Positions 1 to 11,321 are shown, numbered from the stretch's first letter. The stretch: DNA of 32,000 nt from Mycobacterium tuberculosis H37Rv (GCF_000195955.2 NC_000962.3:2940001-2972000), one strand, 5' to 3'. Numbers and translations: made by a program. The notes: generated from the letters alone by a model not told the origin.

Positions 1-612
1 TCCGGGTGAAGTCCAGACCGTGTGCAACCGCTGCACGCAGGTGATCACGCTGGCGACGGCCAGCAGCCACATCCCCACCGACAACGCCGGCGGCCAGGGC
101 ACAAACGGGAAGTCCGACACCCCGGCGCCGGTCAGCACGATGATCAACCGTTCCGGCCGTTCGATGAAGCCGCCGTCGCCGCGCAGCCCGCTGGCCTCCG
201 CCCGGGCCTTGATGTAAGAGATCACCTGCGAGGTGACCAGACAGATCAAGGTCGCGATCACCAGCGGTCGGTCGCGCATGTGAAACGCTATCCACCACAG
301 CAGACCGCAGAACACCGCGCCGTCACTGATGCGGTCACAGGTGGCGTCCAGCACCGCGCCGAAGCGAGTGCCGCCCCCGCGCTCCCGGGCCATCGCCCCG
401 TCCAGCATGTCGAACAACACGAAGAACCACACCACACACGCACCCGCGAACAGCTTGCCCATCGGGAACAGCGTCAGCGCTCCCGCCACCGACGCGGTGG
501 TGCCCAGGATGGTGACGACGTCCGGCGTGAGGCCGACCCGCAGCAGTCCCCTGGCGATCGGGGTGGTAATCCGGGCGAACGCCGCCCGGGACAGGAAGGG
601 CAGCTTGCTCAT
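1..612 (-). CDS. pgsA1: CDP-alcohol phosphatidyltransferase (phosphatidylinositol (phosphate) synthase), 3' part outside window
   Basis: Minus-strand reading [37 protein letters not shown]...DMLDGAMARERGGGTRFGAVLDATCDR carries the DGx2ARx8Gx3Dx3D motif; start overlaps the stop of the upstream HIT gene (ATGA). Confidence 0.93.
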   Translation of the reverse strand, partial: MSKLPFLSRAAFARITTPIARGLLRVGLTPDVVTILGTTASVAGALTLFPMGKLFAGACVVWFFVLFDMLDGAMARERGGGTRFGAVLDATCDRISDGAVFCGLLWWIAFHMRDRPLVIATLICLVTSQVISYIKARAEASGLRGDGGFIERPERLIIVLTGAGVSDFPFVPWPPALSVGMWLLAVASVITCVQRLHTVWTSPG

Positions 613-1196
613 GGTTGCCGAGCCCACTCGGTGGCAAGCAGCCGACGGGTGTCGCGCAGCAGCTGCGGAATCACCTTGGAGCCCCCGATGATGGTGATGA
701 AATTCGCATCGCCACCCCACCGTGGCACCACATGCACGTGCAGGTGCTCGGCCAGCGACCCGCCCGCCGATGTCCCTAGGTTCAGGCCGACATTGAAGCC
801 GTGCGGACGCGACACGTTCTTGATCACGCGAATCGCCTTCTGGGTGAACGCCATCAACTCGGCGCTCTCCAAATCGGTGAGATCCTCGAGTTCGGATACC
901 CGACGATAGGGCACCACCATCAAGTGCCCGGGGTTGTACGGGTACAGGTTGAGCACGGCGTAGACCAGCTTGCCACGAGCGACCACCAGACCCTCTTCGT
1001 CGGACAGCTGCGGGATCTCGGTGAACGGCTGCGCAGGGCTGGCCGAGGAATTGGGGTCACGCTTCACTGGCGCTTCGGCCAGGTAGTTCATCCGGTAGGG
1101 GGTCCATAACCGCTGCAGCTGGTCGCGCTGGCCGACACCCCGATCGAAGATGGTGTGGTCCTCGGTGGCCCGATCCGTGCGGTCCTCGTCACTCAC
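609..1196 (-). CDS. HIT-family hydrolase/phosphorylase (Rv2613c-like), GTG start
   Basis: 195 aa ORF with [17 protein letters not shown] and histidine triad [10 protein letters not shown]. Confidence 0.93.
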
Positions 1197-3267
1197 GACC
1201 GGCCACTTTCACCAGTTCCGCTGTAGGAACCGCATTTTCGCGGTCAGCGATCCAGGCGACAATGGCCGCCACCGCATCGTCACGGGCCACACCGTTGATT
1301 TGGGTGCGGTCACCGAACCGGAAACTCACCGCGCCGGCGGCGACGTCACGATCACCCGCCAACACCATGAACGGCACCTTGTGGTTGGTGTGGTGCACGA
1401 TCTTCTTGGCCATCCGATCGTCGCTGGCGTCCACCTCGGCCCGCACCCCGTGCGACTTCAGTTGCGTGGCAACCTCTTCCAGATAGGCGACGTGCTCATC
1501 GGCGACCGGGATGCCGACCACCTGCACGGGCGCCAACCAGGCCGGGAACGCCCCCGCGTAGTGCTCGGTGAGAATGCCGAAGAACCGCTCGATCGACCCA
1601 AATAGCGCGCGGTGGATCATCACCGGGCGGTGGCGGGTTCCGTCGGCGGCGGTGTACTCCAGGCCGAAACGTTCCGGAAAGTTGAAGTCCAGCTGGATGG
1701 TCGACATCTGCCAGGTGCGGCCCAGCGCGTCTTTGACCTGCACTGAAATCTTGGGCCCGTAGAACGCCGCGCCGCCTGGATCGGGCACCAGCTCCAGCCC
1801 GGATTCGGCGCCCACCTCGGCCAGCACGGTGGTGGCTTCCTCCCAGACCTCCTCGGCGCCGACGAACTTCTCCGGGTCCTTGGTGGACAGTTCGAGGTAG
1901 AAGTCGGTGAGGCCGTAGTCGGCGAGCAGGTCGAGCACAAACCGCAGCAGCGACCGCAGCTCGTCGCGCATCTGGTCGCGGGTGCAGAAGATGTGCGCGT
2001 CGTCCATGGTCAGCCCACGCACCCGGGTCAACCCGTGCACCACACCGGACTTCTCGTAGCGATACACCGTGCCGAACTCGAAGAGCCGCAACGGCAGTTC
2101 CCGATAGGATCGCCCGCGCGCGCGGAAGATCAGGCAGTGCATCGGGCAGTTCATCGGCTTGAGGTAGTAGTCCTGGCCGGGTTTGCGCAGCGAGCCGTCG
2201 GCGTTGTACTCCGCGTCGATGTGCATCGGGGGGAACATGCCGTCGGCGTACCAGTCCAGATGTCCCGAGGTGTGGAACAACTGGGCCTTGGTGATGTGCG
2301 GGCTGTTGACGAACTGGTAGCCCGCCTCGGTGTGCTTGCGCCGCGAGTAGTCCTCCAGTTCGCGACGCACGATGCCGCCCTTGGGGTGGAAAACCGCTAG
2401 GCCGGAACCGATTTCGTCGGGGAAGCTGAACAGGTCCAGCTCGACACCCAGCTTGCGGTGGTCGCGGCGCTGCGCCTCTTCGATGAACTCCAGGTGCCTG
2501 TCGAGCGCCTCCTGGGATTCCCACGCGGTGCCGTAGATCCGTTGCAGGCTGGCGTTTTTCTGATCGCCCCGCCAGTAGGCGGCCGAGCTGCGGGTGAGCT
2601 TGAACGCCGGGATGTGTTTGGTGGTCGGGATGTGCGGTCCGCGGCACAGGTCGCCCCAGACGCGCTCGCGGGTGCGGGGGTTGAGGTTGTCGTAGGCGGT
2701 GAGCTCGTCACCGCCGACCTCCATGATCTCGGCGTCACCCGATTTGTCGTCGACGAGTTCCAGCTTGTAGGGCTCGTTGGCCAGCTCGGCGCGGGCCTGT
2801 TCGGTGGATTCGTAGACCCGCCGGTCGAACAGCTGGCCTTCCTTGACGATCTGGCGCATCCGCTTTTCCAGCGCCGCCAAGTCCTCGGGCGTGAACGGCT
2901 CGGGCACGTCGAAGTCGTAGTAGAAGCCGTCGGTGATGGGTGGTCCGATGCCGAGCTTGGCCTGCGGAAACAGCTCTTGGACGGCTTGGGCCAACACGTG
3001 CGCGGTCGAATGGCGGATCACGCTGCGACCGTCGTCGGTGTTGGCGGCCACCGGCGTGATATCGGTGTCGACGTCGGGCACCCAGCTCAGGTCGCGCAGG
3101 TTGCCGTCGGCGTCGCGCACGACGACGATCGCATCGGGCGTACCGCGCCGCGGTAAACCCGCTTCGCCGACGGCGGTGGCCGCGGTGGTCCCGGCAGGAA
3201 CCCGAATTCGGGCTTGCGACGGGTCGCCGCCATCGACTCCCGGGGCGGGTTGTGCGGGGGCGCTCAT
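1189..3267 (-). CDS. thrS: Threonyl-tRNA synthetase, 692 aa from [14 protein letters not shown]
   Basis: Class II aaRS motifs ([52 protein letters not shown]), [16 protein letters not shown] editing domain; the track ORF runs further upstream but the MSAPAQ start fits the family. Confidence 0.96.
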
Positions 3268-3370
3268 CGGGTCGGTCTCCAAGGCTTGGACGTGTCGAAA
3301 CGATCGCGACCATGCTATCGGGGCGCACGTCGACGACCGTAAGCCGAGTGACCGGATGGGTTTTCGATCA

Positions 3371-3554
3371 CCGGTGTGGGCGATCGGTACCGGGCAGGTG
3401 ACCGGGTGCTCTACGGCGGCTCGATGAGCCCAAAGGATGTTGACGACCTGGCTACCCAGCAGGACGTCGACGACGGACAGTCGATAGAGCGTCGCTGGAC
3501 GGGGAGCGGTCAGCGACGCTGGCGGCGGTCGCCGCCGACGGGCCGCTACCGTAG
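3371..3554 (+). pseudogene. Degenerate C-terminal triosephosphate isomerase remnant
   Basis: Three consecutive fragments in different frames: [11 protein letters not shown] (3371-3403), [25 protein letters not shown] (3403-3477), [21 protein letters not shown] (3489-3554); these match the order of the TIM-barrel C-terminus (VWAIGTG ... RVLYGGSV ... DVDGGLVGGASLDG). Confidence 0.8.
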
Positions 3555-3599
3555 CAACTCGCAAATCCAGGTCTGGATTTCCGGCGCCGGCCGGCTCCG

Positions 3600-5036
<1,437 letters not shown>

Positions 5037-5329
5037 TTACCGCCGCGGTGGGTAACCGTTTATTCGGACGATCCCTGCCGTTCCACGCCTGGGCGCAGGC
5101 ACAAACCGCACCAACATTGGTGGAACGTGGTGCACACTGCACCTGGGGTTCTGCCCTCATCGTGTGGCAGCAGGCGAAACCCGCGCGGACGAGAACTCTT
5201 CCGCCAAGCAGCACAAATCGCCCTACACCCCAGTGAATCTCCGGACGCCACTACGACAGCGCGCAACGGTCGCCTCATCGACTGTGTGCACGCGCGCTTC
5301 GCGATGCGCTGCCGTGGCAAGCTGGCCAG

Positions 5330-5830
5330 GTGGACCTCAATGCGCTGGCCGATCTGCCGCTGACCTATCCGGAGGTGGGCGCGACAGCGACCGGACGACT
5401 GCCCGCGGGCTACAACCACCTTGACGTGTCGACGCAGATCGGCACCGGCCGCCAGCGTTTTGAGCAGGCCGCCGACGCCGTCATGCATTGGGGCATGCAG
5501 CGCAACGCCGGCCTGCGGGTGCGGGCCAGCTCCGAAACCGCCGTCGTGTCCGCGGTGGTGTTGGTGGGAATCGCTTTCCTGCGTGCGCCGTGCCGAGTGG
5601 TGTATGTCATCGACGAACCCGACGTGCGCGGATTCGGTTACGGCACTTTGCCGGGCCATCCGGTGTCCGGCGAGGAACGGTTCGCGGTTCGCTGCGACCC
5701 GATGACCTCCGTGGTGTTTGCCGAGGTGTTGTCGTTCTCCCGTCCGGCGACCTGGGCGAGCAAAGCCGCCGGGCCGCTGGGCGCGGTGACCCAGCGCTTC
5801 ATCGCCCAGCGCTACCTGCGCGCGGTGTGA
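5330..5830 (+). CDS. Conserved protein, DUF1990-like (Rv2616-like)
   Basis: 166 aa ORF MDLNALADLPLTYPEVGATATGRLPAGYNHLDVSTQIG...YGTLPGHPVSGEERF. Confidence 0.85.
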   Translation: MDLNALADLPLTYPEVGATATGRLPAGYNHLDVSTQIGTGRQRFEQAADAVMHWGMQRNAGLRVRASSETAVVSAVVLVGIAFLRAPCRVVYVIDEPDVRGFGYGTLPGHPVSGEERFAVRCDPMTSVVFAEVLSFSRPATWASKAAGPLGAVTQRFIAQRYLRAV

Positions 5831-5846
5831 GGCGCCGGCGCCCTGG

Positions 5847-6287
5847 TTAAGGCCGCCCGATGCCTCCGCTGTGCACGCCCTGCGCCAGCCGGGCGAGCGC
5901 GATGGCGCCAACCAGCAAACCGAAGTCGCGCAGCGCGATGTCGTAGAAACCGGGTCCGGTGACCAGGTTGAGAATGATCCCGGCCAGCCAGGCCGCGACT
6001 ACCCAGGCGCCGATGCGCGGTGCGACCGCAACCAATACGCCGGCCACAATCTCGATTGCCCCGACCAAGTACATGCATTGGTCGGCGGTGCCGGGCACGA
6101 GATCGTTGATCCAGCCGGCCAGATACATGTTCCAGTGCTGCGGATGGGTCAGCAGATTGAAGAACTTGTCCAGCCCGAACAGGATGGGCGCGACCGTGAA
6201 CAGCGTGCGAAGCAATACGTATGCAGAGTATGCCGGATCCTTCAGCTGGTCTGCGAGAGCAGGGCTGGTCGTTGGTCTGATGCTCAT
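5847..6287 (-). CDS. Small integral membrane protein, DoxX-like (Rv2617c-like)
   Basis: 146 aa from MSIRPTTSPALADQLKDP; four hydrophobic segments, e.g. LVGAIEIVAGVLVAVAPRIGAWVVAAWLAGIILNLV. Confidence 0.85.
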   Translation of the reverse strand: MSIRPTTSPALADQLKDPAYSAYVLLRTLFTVAPILFGLDKFFNLLTHPQHWNMYLAGWINDLVPGTADQCMYLVGAIEIVAGVLVAVAPRIGAWVVAAWLAGIILNLVTGPGFYDIALRDFGLLVGAIALARLAQGVHSGGIGRP

Positions 6288-6302
6288 AGCTGCCTCCCGA
6301 CT

Positions 6303-6368
6303 TCTAACAGACAACAATTTGAACGTTAGATCCTATAGACTGTATCGTCAAGTGTTTTGTCTGTTAGA
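6303..6368. promoter_or_regulatory. Perfect 12-bp inverted repeat in divergent intergenic region (candidate operator)
   Basis: TCTAACAGACAA (6303-6314) and TTGTCTGTTAGA (6357-6368), exact reverse complements, between Rv2617c-like and Rv2618-like genes. Confidence 0.7.
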
Positions 6369-6382
6369 GATGGCTTGCTGAA

Positions 6383-7111
6383 GTGGACGGCCGAGCTTCC
6401 TTCGAACGCGACGTCGCCGGGATCGGGGCACTCGTGGATCCGGTGCGTCGCCAGCTCTACCAATTCGTGTGCTCACAATCGATGCCGGTGAGCCGAGACC
6501 AGGCGGCCGACGCCGTCGGCATCCCGCGCCACCAGGCGAAATTCCATTTGGACCGGCTCACTGCCGAAGGCCTGCTGGATACCGAGTACGCGCGCCTGAC
6601 CGGCCGGTCCGGCCCCGGCGCCGGGCGGACCGCCAAGCTGTATCGCCGGGCCGGCCGCGACATCGCCCTCAGCCTTCCACAGCGGGAGTACGAGCTTGCT
6701 GGGCGGCTGATGGCCGCAGCCATCGTGCTGTCGGCCACCACCGGGGAGCCGACCGTGGAAGTGCTCAACCGGATCGCCCATGACTACGGCCAAGCCATGG
6801 GCGCCGCCGCCACCACCCGGCCGCCCGCAGACCCCGCGGCGGCGCTGGAGCTGACGCTGGATGTGCTGCGCAAGTACGGTTATGAACCCCGCCGCCCGGC
6901 TGGCCCTGGCGACGATGAGGTCGAGCTGGTGAACTGCCCGTTCCACGCACTGGCCCGGGAGCAGACCGAGCTGGCCTGCAATATGAACCACGCCTTGATC
7001 ACAGGCGTGGCCGACGCGCTGGCACCGCACAGCCCGGCCGTTCGGTTGGCACCCGGACCGGCCCGGTGTTGTGTAGTACTCAAGCGATGTTCGGCTCACG
7101 ACCCCGAGTGA
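6383..7111 (+). CDS. Winged-helix transcriptional regulator (Rv2618-like); may start internally at a GTG near 6434
   Basis: HTH reading ADAVGIPRHQAKFHLDRLTAEGLLDTEY plus C-terminal CPFHALAREQTELAC...CC. Confidence 0.82.
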   Translation: MDGRASFERDVAGIGALVDPVRRQLYQFVCSQSMPVSRDQAADAVGIPRHQAKFHLDRLTAEGLLDTEYARLTGRSGPGAGRTAKLYRRAGRDIALSLPQREYELAGRLMAAAIVLSATTGEPTVEVLNRIAHDYGQAMGAAATTRPPADPAAALELTLDVLRKYGYEPRRPAGPGDDEVELVNCPFHALAREQTELACNMNHALITGVADALAPHSPAVRLAPGPARCCVVLKRCSAHDPE

Positions 7112-7449
7112 GCATCGGGCAGGGATTTCAGCACGGTCAGCATGATCACCGAATCCTCGACGGCGTGCAGCGCATGCCGTGTCGGCGGAATCGCGACGTA
7201 GTCGCCGGCCCTGCCGTTCCACGCGTCCTCACCGGCGGTAAGGCACACATGGCCCTGCAGCACTTGCAGCGTCGCCTCGCCCGGGCTGTCATGCTCGGAC
7301 AGGTCGTGGCCGGCAAGCAATGCCAGCACCGTCTGCCGAAGCTCGTGGGTGTGACCACCGTGGATGGTGTGGGCAGCCCGTCCGCTGTGTGTCTGTTGCG
7401 CCTCGGCCAGCTTTTCGGCGGCCAGGCTGGTCAGCGAAATGGATTCCAT
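7096..7449 (-). CDS. Small cupin-fold protein (Rv2619c-like)
   Basis: 117 aa with HTIHGGHTHELRQTVLALLAGHDLSEHDSPGEATLQVLQGHVCLTAGEDAWNGRAGDYVAIPPTRHALHAVEDSVIMLTV, a cupin pattern. Confidence 0.85.
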   Translation of the reverse strand: MESISLTSLAAEKLAEAQQTHSGRAAHTIHGGHTHELRQTVLALLAGHDLSEHDSPGEATLQVLQGHVCLTAGEDAWNGRAGDYVAIPPTRHALHAVEDSVIMLTVLKSLPDAHSGS

Positions 7450-7461
7450 CGGCGCGTCCTT

Positions 7462-7887
7462 TCAGCCGTTCAGTAGCAGTATCCCCGCGACGAGCAACGC
7501 AACCACCTTGACTATCTCCAAACCGACATAGATGTGGTGACCGCGGGAGCGGGGAGCCTGCAGCCCGGCCAATACCTGATTGGACCGTCGAGTCAATCGA
7601 GGACGCACCGCAATCAACTGGACGGCCAACGCAGCCAACGCGACCGAAAACGCCGCGGCGATCCGCGCCGGCGTCGAGCCGACCACCACGATCGCGAGGA
7701 TGACAAGGGCGAAACCGACCTCAACGGTATTGAGCGCACGGAAGACCAACCGGCCGATGCCGAGCCCGATCTGCAGCGTCACTCCTGCCGCCCGGAACTT
7801 CAGCGGAGCTTCCAGAAACGAGATCGCCACCACCATTCCCAGCCAGACGAACGCGACGGCGACCTCGATCGCCGGTCCGGCGCTCAC
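7462..7887 (-). CDS. Small transmembrane protein (Rv2620c-like), GTG start
   Basis: 141 aa, VSAGPAIEVAVAFVWLGMVVAISFLEAPLKFRAAGVTLQIGLGIGR with several hydrophobic helices. Confidence 0.82.
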   Translation of the reverse strand: MSAGPAIEVAVAFVWLGMVVAISFLEAPLKFRAAGVTLQIGLGIGRLVFRALNTVEVGFALVILAIVVVGSTPARIAAAFSVALAALAVQLIAVRPRLTRRSNQVLAGLQAPRSRGHHIYVGLEIVKVVALLVAGILLLNG

Positions 7888-8558
7888 CGAATGGCTCCTT
7901 CCAGCGGCGTGAAGTGGGCCAGGCACAGGTCGGGTTCGACGAACGCGTCGAGCCGGTCGACGGTGACTGGCGCCCCCCATGTTTGCAAGGCTCCCCGCAT
8001 GATCCCTAAGTGGACGGGGCAGACGACACCGGCTTGAGTTTCGGCGAGTTCCAGAAACGGACAGTGCCGCAGACCGACCTGTTGCCTGCCGTTGGATGCC
8101 CGGCGCTCGGGAGCGAAGCCAAGGTCGTCAAGCACCGCGACCAAGTGGTCGATCGTCTCCTCGGTGTCGGCACCGGCCGGCGGCGCTTCGAGCTGGCGCC
8201 CCCACGCCCGGCCCGCGGACAACGCCATGGCCCGCGAATCCCGTTCGGCGGCAAGGCCACTGGCGAGGATCTCGGCAAGCAGCCGGTAACGCCGCGTCCC
8301 AGTGCTATCCGTCCGCCGGACCGCCCGAAACATCAGCGGCGGGCGCCCCGGTCGGCCGCGGCCGGGCTCGACCCGCTCCACCTGGCCATCAGCGACCAGG
8401 TTATCGAGGTGGAAGCGGACGGTGTTGGGATGCACGCCCAACTTGCCGGCGATCGCGGCGATGCTCATCGGAACCCGCGACGCACACAATGCCCGCAGCA
8501 CCGCACGACGGCGCCCCACCGGCTCTTGCAGTGACCTGATGATGACACTCACCCCCAT
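7884..8558 (-). CDS. Winged-helix transcriptional regulator, cysteine-containing C-terminus (Rv2621c-like)
   Basis: IAGKLGVHPNTVRFHLDNLVADGQVERVEPGRGRPGRPPLMFRA and HCPFLELAETQAGVVCPVHLGIMRGAL; start overlaps the flanking operon layout. Confidence 0.85.
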   Translation of the reverse strand: MGVSVIIRSLQEPVGRRRAVLRALCASRVPMSIAAIAGKLGVHPNTVRFHLDNLVADGQVERVEPGRGRPGRPPLMFRAVRRTDSTGTRRYRLLAEILASGLAAERDSRAMALSAGRAWGRQLEAPPAGADTEETIDHLVAVLDDLGFAPERRASNGRQQVGLRHCPFLELAETQAGVVCPVHLGIMRGALQTWGAPVTVDRLDAFVEPDLCLAHFTPLEGAIR

Positions 8559-8635
8559 AAGGCTCGTCGGCTGCGCCTGAGCAATGCAGTAAGTTTACAC
8601 AAACGGACTTGTAAAAACCTGCGGAGGTGGGGTCT

Positions 8636-9457
8636 ATGGCCAACAAACGTGGCAATGCCGGGCAGCCTCTGCCCTTGTCGGATCGAGACGACGACCACAT
8701 GCAGGGGCACTGGCTGCTGGCCCGGCTGGGCAAGCGGGTGCTGCGTCCCGGCGGCGTCGAACTCACCCGGACACTGCTGGCCCGCGCCGAGGTGACCGAC
8801 GCCGACGTGCTCGAGCTGGCACCGGGCCTGGGCCGCACCGCAGCCGAAATCTTGGCCCGCAACCCGCGGTCGTACGTGGGGGCGGAGAGCGATCCCAACG
8901 CGGCCAACCTGGTCCGACACGTTCTCGCCGGCCGCGGCGACGTCCGGGTCACCGACGCGGCCGATACCGGATTATCCGACGCCAGCGCCGATGTCGTCAT
9001 CGGCGAGGCGATGCTGACCATGCAAGGCAACGCGGCTAAACACACGATCGTCGCCGAGGCGGCGCGGGTGCTGAGGCCGGGTGGCCGCTACGCGATTCAC
9101 GAACTAGCGCTGGTGCCGGACGACGTCGCAGAGCAGGTCCGCACCGACCTGCGGCAGTCGCTGGCCCGCGCGCTCAAGGTCAATGCGCGTCCGCTGACCG
9201 TTGCGGAATGGTCGCACCTCTTAGCGGGCCATGGACTGGTCGTCGAACACGTTGTCACCGCTTCCATGGCGTTGTTACAACCGCGACGGGTGATCGCTGA
9301 CGAAGGCCTCCTGGGTGCGCTGCGGTTCGCCGGAAACCTGCTCATCCATCGTGCCGCGCGTCGGCGAGTCCTGTTGATGCGCCACACATTCCGCAGGCAT
9401 CGTGAACGCTTGACAGCCGTCGCCATTGTCGCGCACAAACCGCACGTCGATTCGTGA
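8636..9457 (+). CDS. SAM-dependent methyltransferase (Rv2622-like)
   Basis: DADVLELAPGLGRTAAEILARNPRSYVGAESDPNAANLVR, class I methyltransferase glycine-rich motif. Confidence 0.88.
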   Translation: MANKRGNAGQPLPLSDRDDDHMQGHWLLARLGKRVLRPGGVELTRTLLARAEVTDADVLELAPGLGRTAAEILARNPRSYVGAESDPNAANLVRHVLAGRGDVRVTDAADTGLSDASADVVIGEAMLTMQGNAAKHTIVAEAARVLRPGGRYAIHELALVPDDVAEQVRTDLRQSLARALKVNARPLTVAEWSHLLAGHGLVVEHVVTASMALLQPRRVIADEGLLGALRFAGNLLIHRAARRRVLLMRHTFRRHRERLTAVAIVAHKPHVDS

Positions 9458-9592
9458 TCCATTGAGGACCTAAGCCCGTTGGGCTAGTGACAAACGCCTC
9501 CTGAGCAAAACCCTCCTCCCCCGTTACCGTCGTGCGGTAGGGACAAGCCACATCGGCCGAGCGGGCGATCAGCCAACGACAGGAGGACCGCG

Positions 9593-10486
9593 ATGTCATC
9601 GGGCAATTCATCTCTGGGAATTATCGTCGGGATCGACGATTCACCGGCCGCACAGGTTGCGGTGCGGTGGGCAGCTCGGGATGCGGAGTTGCGAAAAATC
9701 CCTCTGACGCTCGTGCACGCGGTGTCGCCGGAAGTAGCCACCTGGCTGGAGGTGCCACTGCCGCCGGGCGTGCTGCGATGGCAGCAGGATCACGGGCGCC
9801 ACCTGATCGACGACGCACTCAAGGTGGTTGAACAGGCTTCGCTGCGCGCTGGTCCCCCCACGGTCCACAGTGAAATCGTTCCGGCGGCAGCCGTTCCCAC
9901 ATTGGTCGACATGTCCAAAGACGCAGTGCTGATGGTCGTGGGTTGTCTCGGAAGTGGGCGGTGGCCGGGCCGGCTGCTCGGTTCGGTCAGTTCCGGCCTG
10001 CTCCGCCACGCGCACTGTCCGGTCGTGATCATCCACGACGAAGATTCGGTGATGCCGCATCCCCAGCAAGCGCCGGTGCTAGTTGGCGTTGACGGCTCGT
10101 CGGCCTCCGAGCTGGCGACCGCAATCGCATTCGACGAAGCGTCGCGGCGAAACGTGGACCTGGTGGCGCTGCACGCATGGAGCGACGTCGATGTGTCGGA
10201 GTGGCCCGGAATCGATTGGCCGGCAACTCAGTCGATGGCCGAGCAGGTGCTGGCCGAGCGGTTGGCGGGTTGGCAGGAGCGGTATCCCAACGTAGCCATA
10301 ACCCGCGTGGTGGTGCGCGATCAGCCGGCCCGCCAGCTCGTCCAACGCTCCGAGGAAGCCCAGCTGGTCGTGGTCGGCAGCCGGGGCCGCGGCGGCTACG
10401 CCGGAATGCTGGTGGGGTCGGTAGGCGAAACCGTTGCTCAGCTGGCGCGGACGCCGGTCATCGTGGCACGCGAGTCGCTGACTTAG
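9593..10486 (+). CDS. Tandem universal stress protein (TB31.7, Rv2623-like)
   Basis: 297 aa; two USP domains, IIVGIDDSPAAQVAVRWAARDAELRKIPL and VLVGVDGSSASELATAIAFDEA, with VVVGSRGRGGYAGMLVGSVGETV. Confidence 0.95.
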   Translation: MSSGNSSLGIIVGIDDSPAAQVAVRWAARDAELRKIPLTLVHAVSPEVATWLEVPLPPGVLRWQQDHGRHLIDDALKVVEQASLRAGPPTVHSEIVPAAAVPTLVDMSKDAVLMVVGCLGSGRWPGRLLGSVSSGLLRHAHCPVVIIHDEDSVMPHPQQAPVLVGVDGSSASELATAIAFDEASRRNVDLVALHAWSDVDVSEWPGIDWPATQSMAEQVLAERLAGWQERYPNVAITRVVVRDQPARQLVQRSEEAQLVVVGSRGRGGYAGMLVGSVGETVAQLARTPVIVARESLT

Positions 10487-10488
10487 GT

Positions 10489-11307
10489 TCAGCGGCGAAC
10501 GACAAGCACCGAACACTCGGCGTGACGGAACACCGGATGTCCGGATGGCCCGACCAGCCGCGCTAGCTGACCGGCCTCACCACCGCCGATCACTGCCAGC
10601 TGTACGCGCTCGTCGTGGTCGGCCAGGAACCGGGCAATACCCGTGTGAGTGGTGATCGGGTAGACGCGCACATCGGGATGACGGTGGTGCCAATCCTGCA
10701 CGCGACGTTCGAATTCGCCGTCCGGAATCTCCCGGAGCTCCTCCGGTCGCCCGCCGAGTGCCAGTATGGGCGCTTGCCGCAACTTCGCTTCCCGGGCAGC
10801 GTATTCCAGCACGGCCTCGTTATCCGGTGCGTCGGTCATGCGCACCACGATCCAGTTGATGTCAGACGCTGGCTGGTCCACTTTTGAGCGCATGACGGCG
10901 ACCGGGCAATGCGCCTTTTCGGCCAGCTCGGTTGCCGTCGAACCCAAGATCGAGCTGGCGTAGCGCCCGATTCCCACGGAGCCGACGCAGATCATCTCGG
11001 CGTCGCGCGATGCCTCCACAAGCACCGGGCCGGCTGGCCCGCGGGGGATGTCGGTTTCGATCTTGACGAGCTTGCCCGCGGCCTCAACAGCGGACTGCGC
11101 TTCCCGAAGCGATCTTTCAGCATGCGCAAGGTCGCGGTCGTAGTCGTCCGGGGACGGATGTGTCGGCTTGATCACTGAGACCAGTCGCAGCGGCACCGCT
11201 CGGCTGATGGCCTCGTCAACCCCCCACAATGCGGCCGTAATCGCCGCGTGCGAACCATCGATACCAACAATGATTGTTTTCATCGTCGGCTCTCCTCTCC
11301 CAGACAT
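10489..11307 (-). CDS. Universal stress protein (Rv2624c-like)
   Basis: MKTIIVGIDGSHAAITAALWGVDEAISRAVPLRL...MICVGSVGIGRYASSILGSTATEL. Confidence 0.93.
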   Translation of the reverse strand: MSGRGEPTMKTIIVGIDGSHAAITAALWGVDEAISRAVPLRLVSVIKPTHPSPDDYDRDLAHAERSLREAQSAVEAAGKLVKIETDIPRGPAGPVLVEASRDAEMICVGSVGIGRYASSILGSTATELAEKAHCPVAVMRSKVDQPASDINWIVVRMTDAPDNEAVLEYAAREAKLRQAPILALGGRPEELREIPDGEFERRVQDWHHRHPDVRVYPITTHTGIARFLADHDERVQLAVIGGGEAGQLARLVGPSGHPVFRHAECSVLVVRR

Positions 11308-11321
11308 TTCCCGATGCTCGA

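Noticed and set aside
22-909. 295-aa plus-strand ORF over pgsA1 and the HIT gene.
   Set aside because: Both opposite-strand genes have clear family motifs; this reading is a GC-rich shadow ORF.
1993-3156. Long plus-strand ORFs over thrS (1993-2400, 2458-3156).
   Set aside because: Shadow frames opposite well-conserved synthetase sequence.
3268-3564. The track extends the thrS ORF to 791 aa (to 3564).
   Set aside because: The N-terminal extension is low-quality sequence, overlaps the TPI relic, and the MSAPAQ start at 3267 gives the expected 692 aa synthetase.
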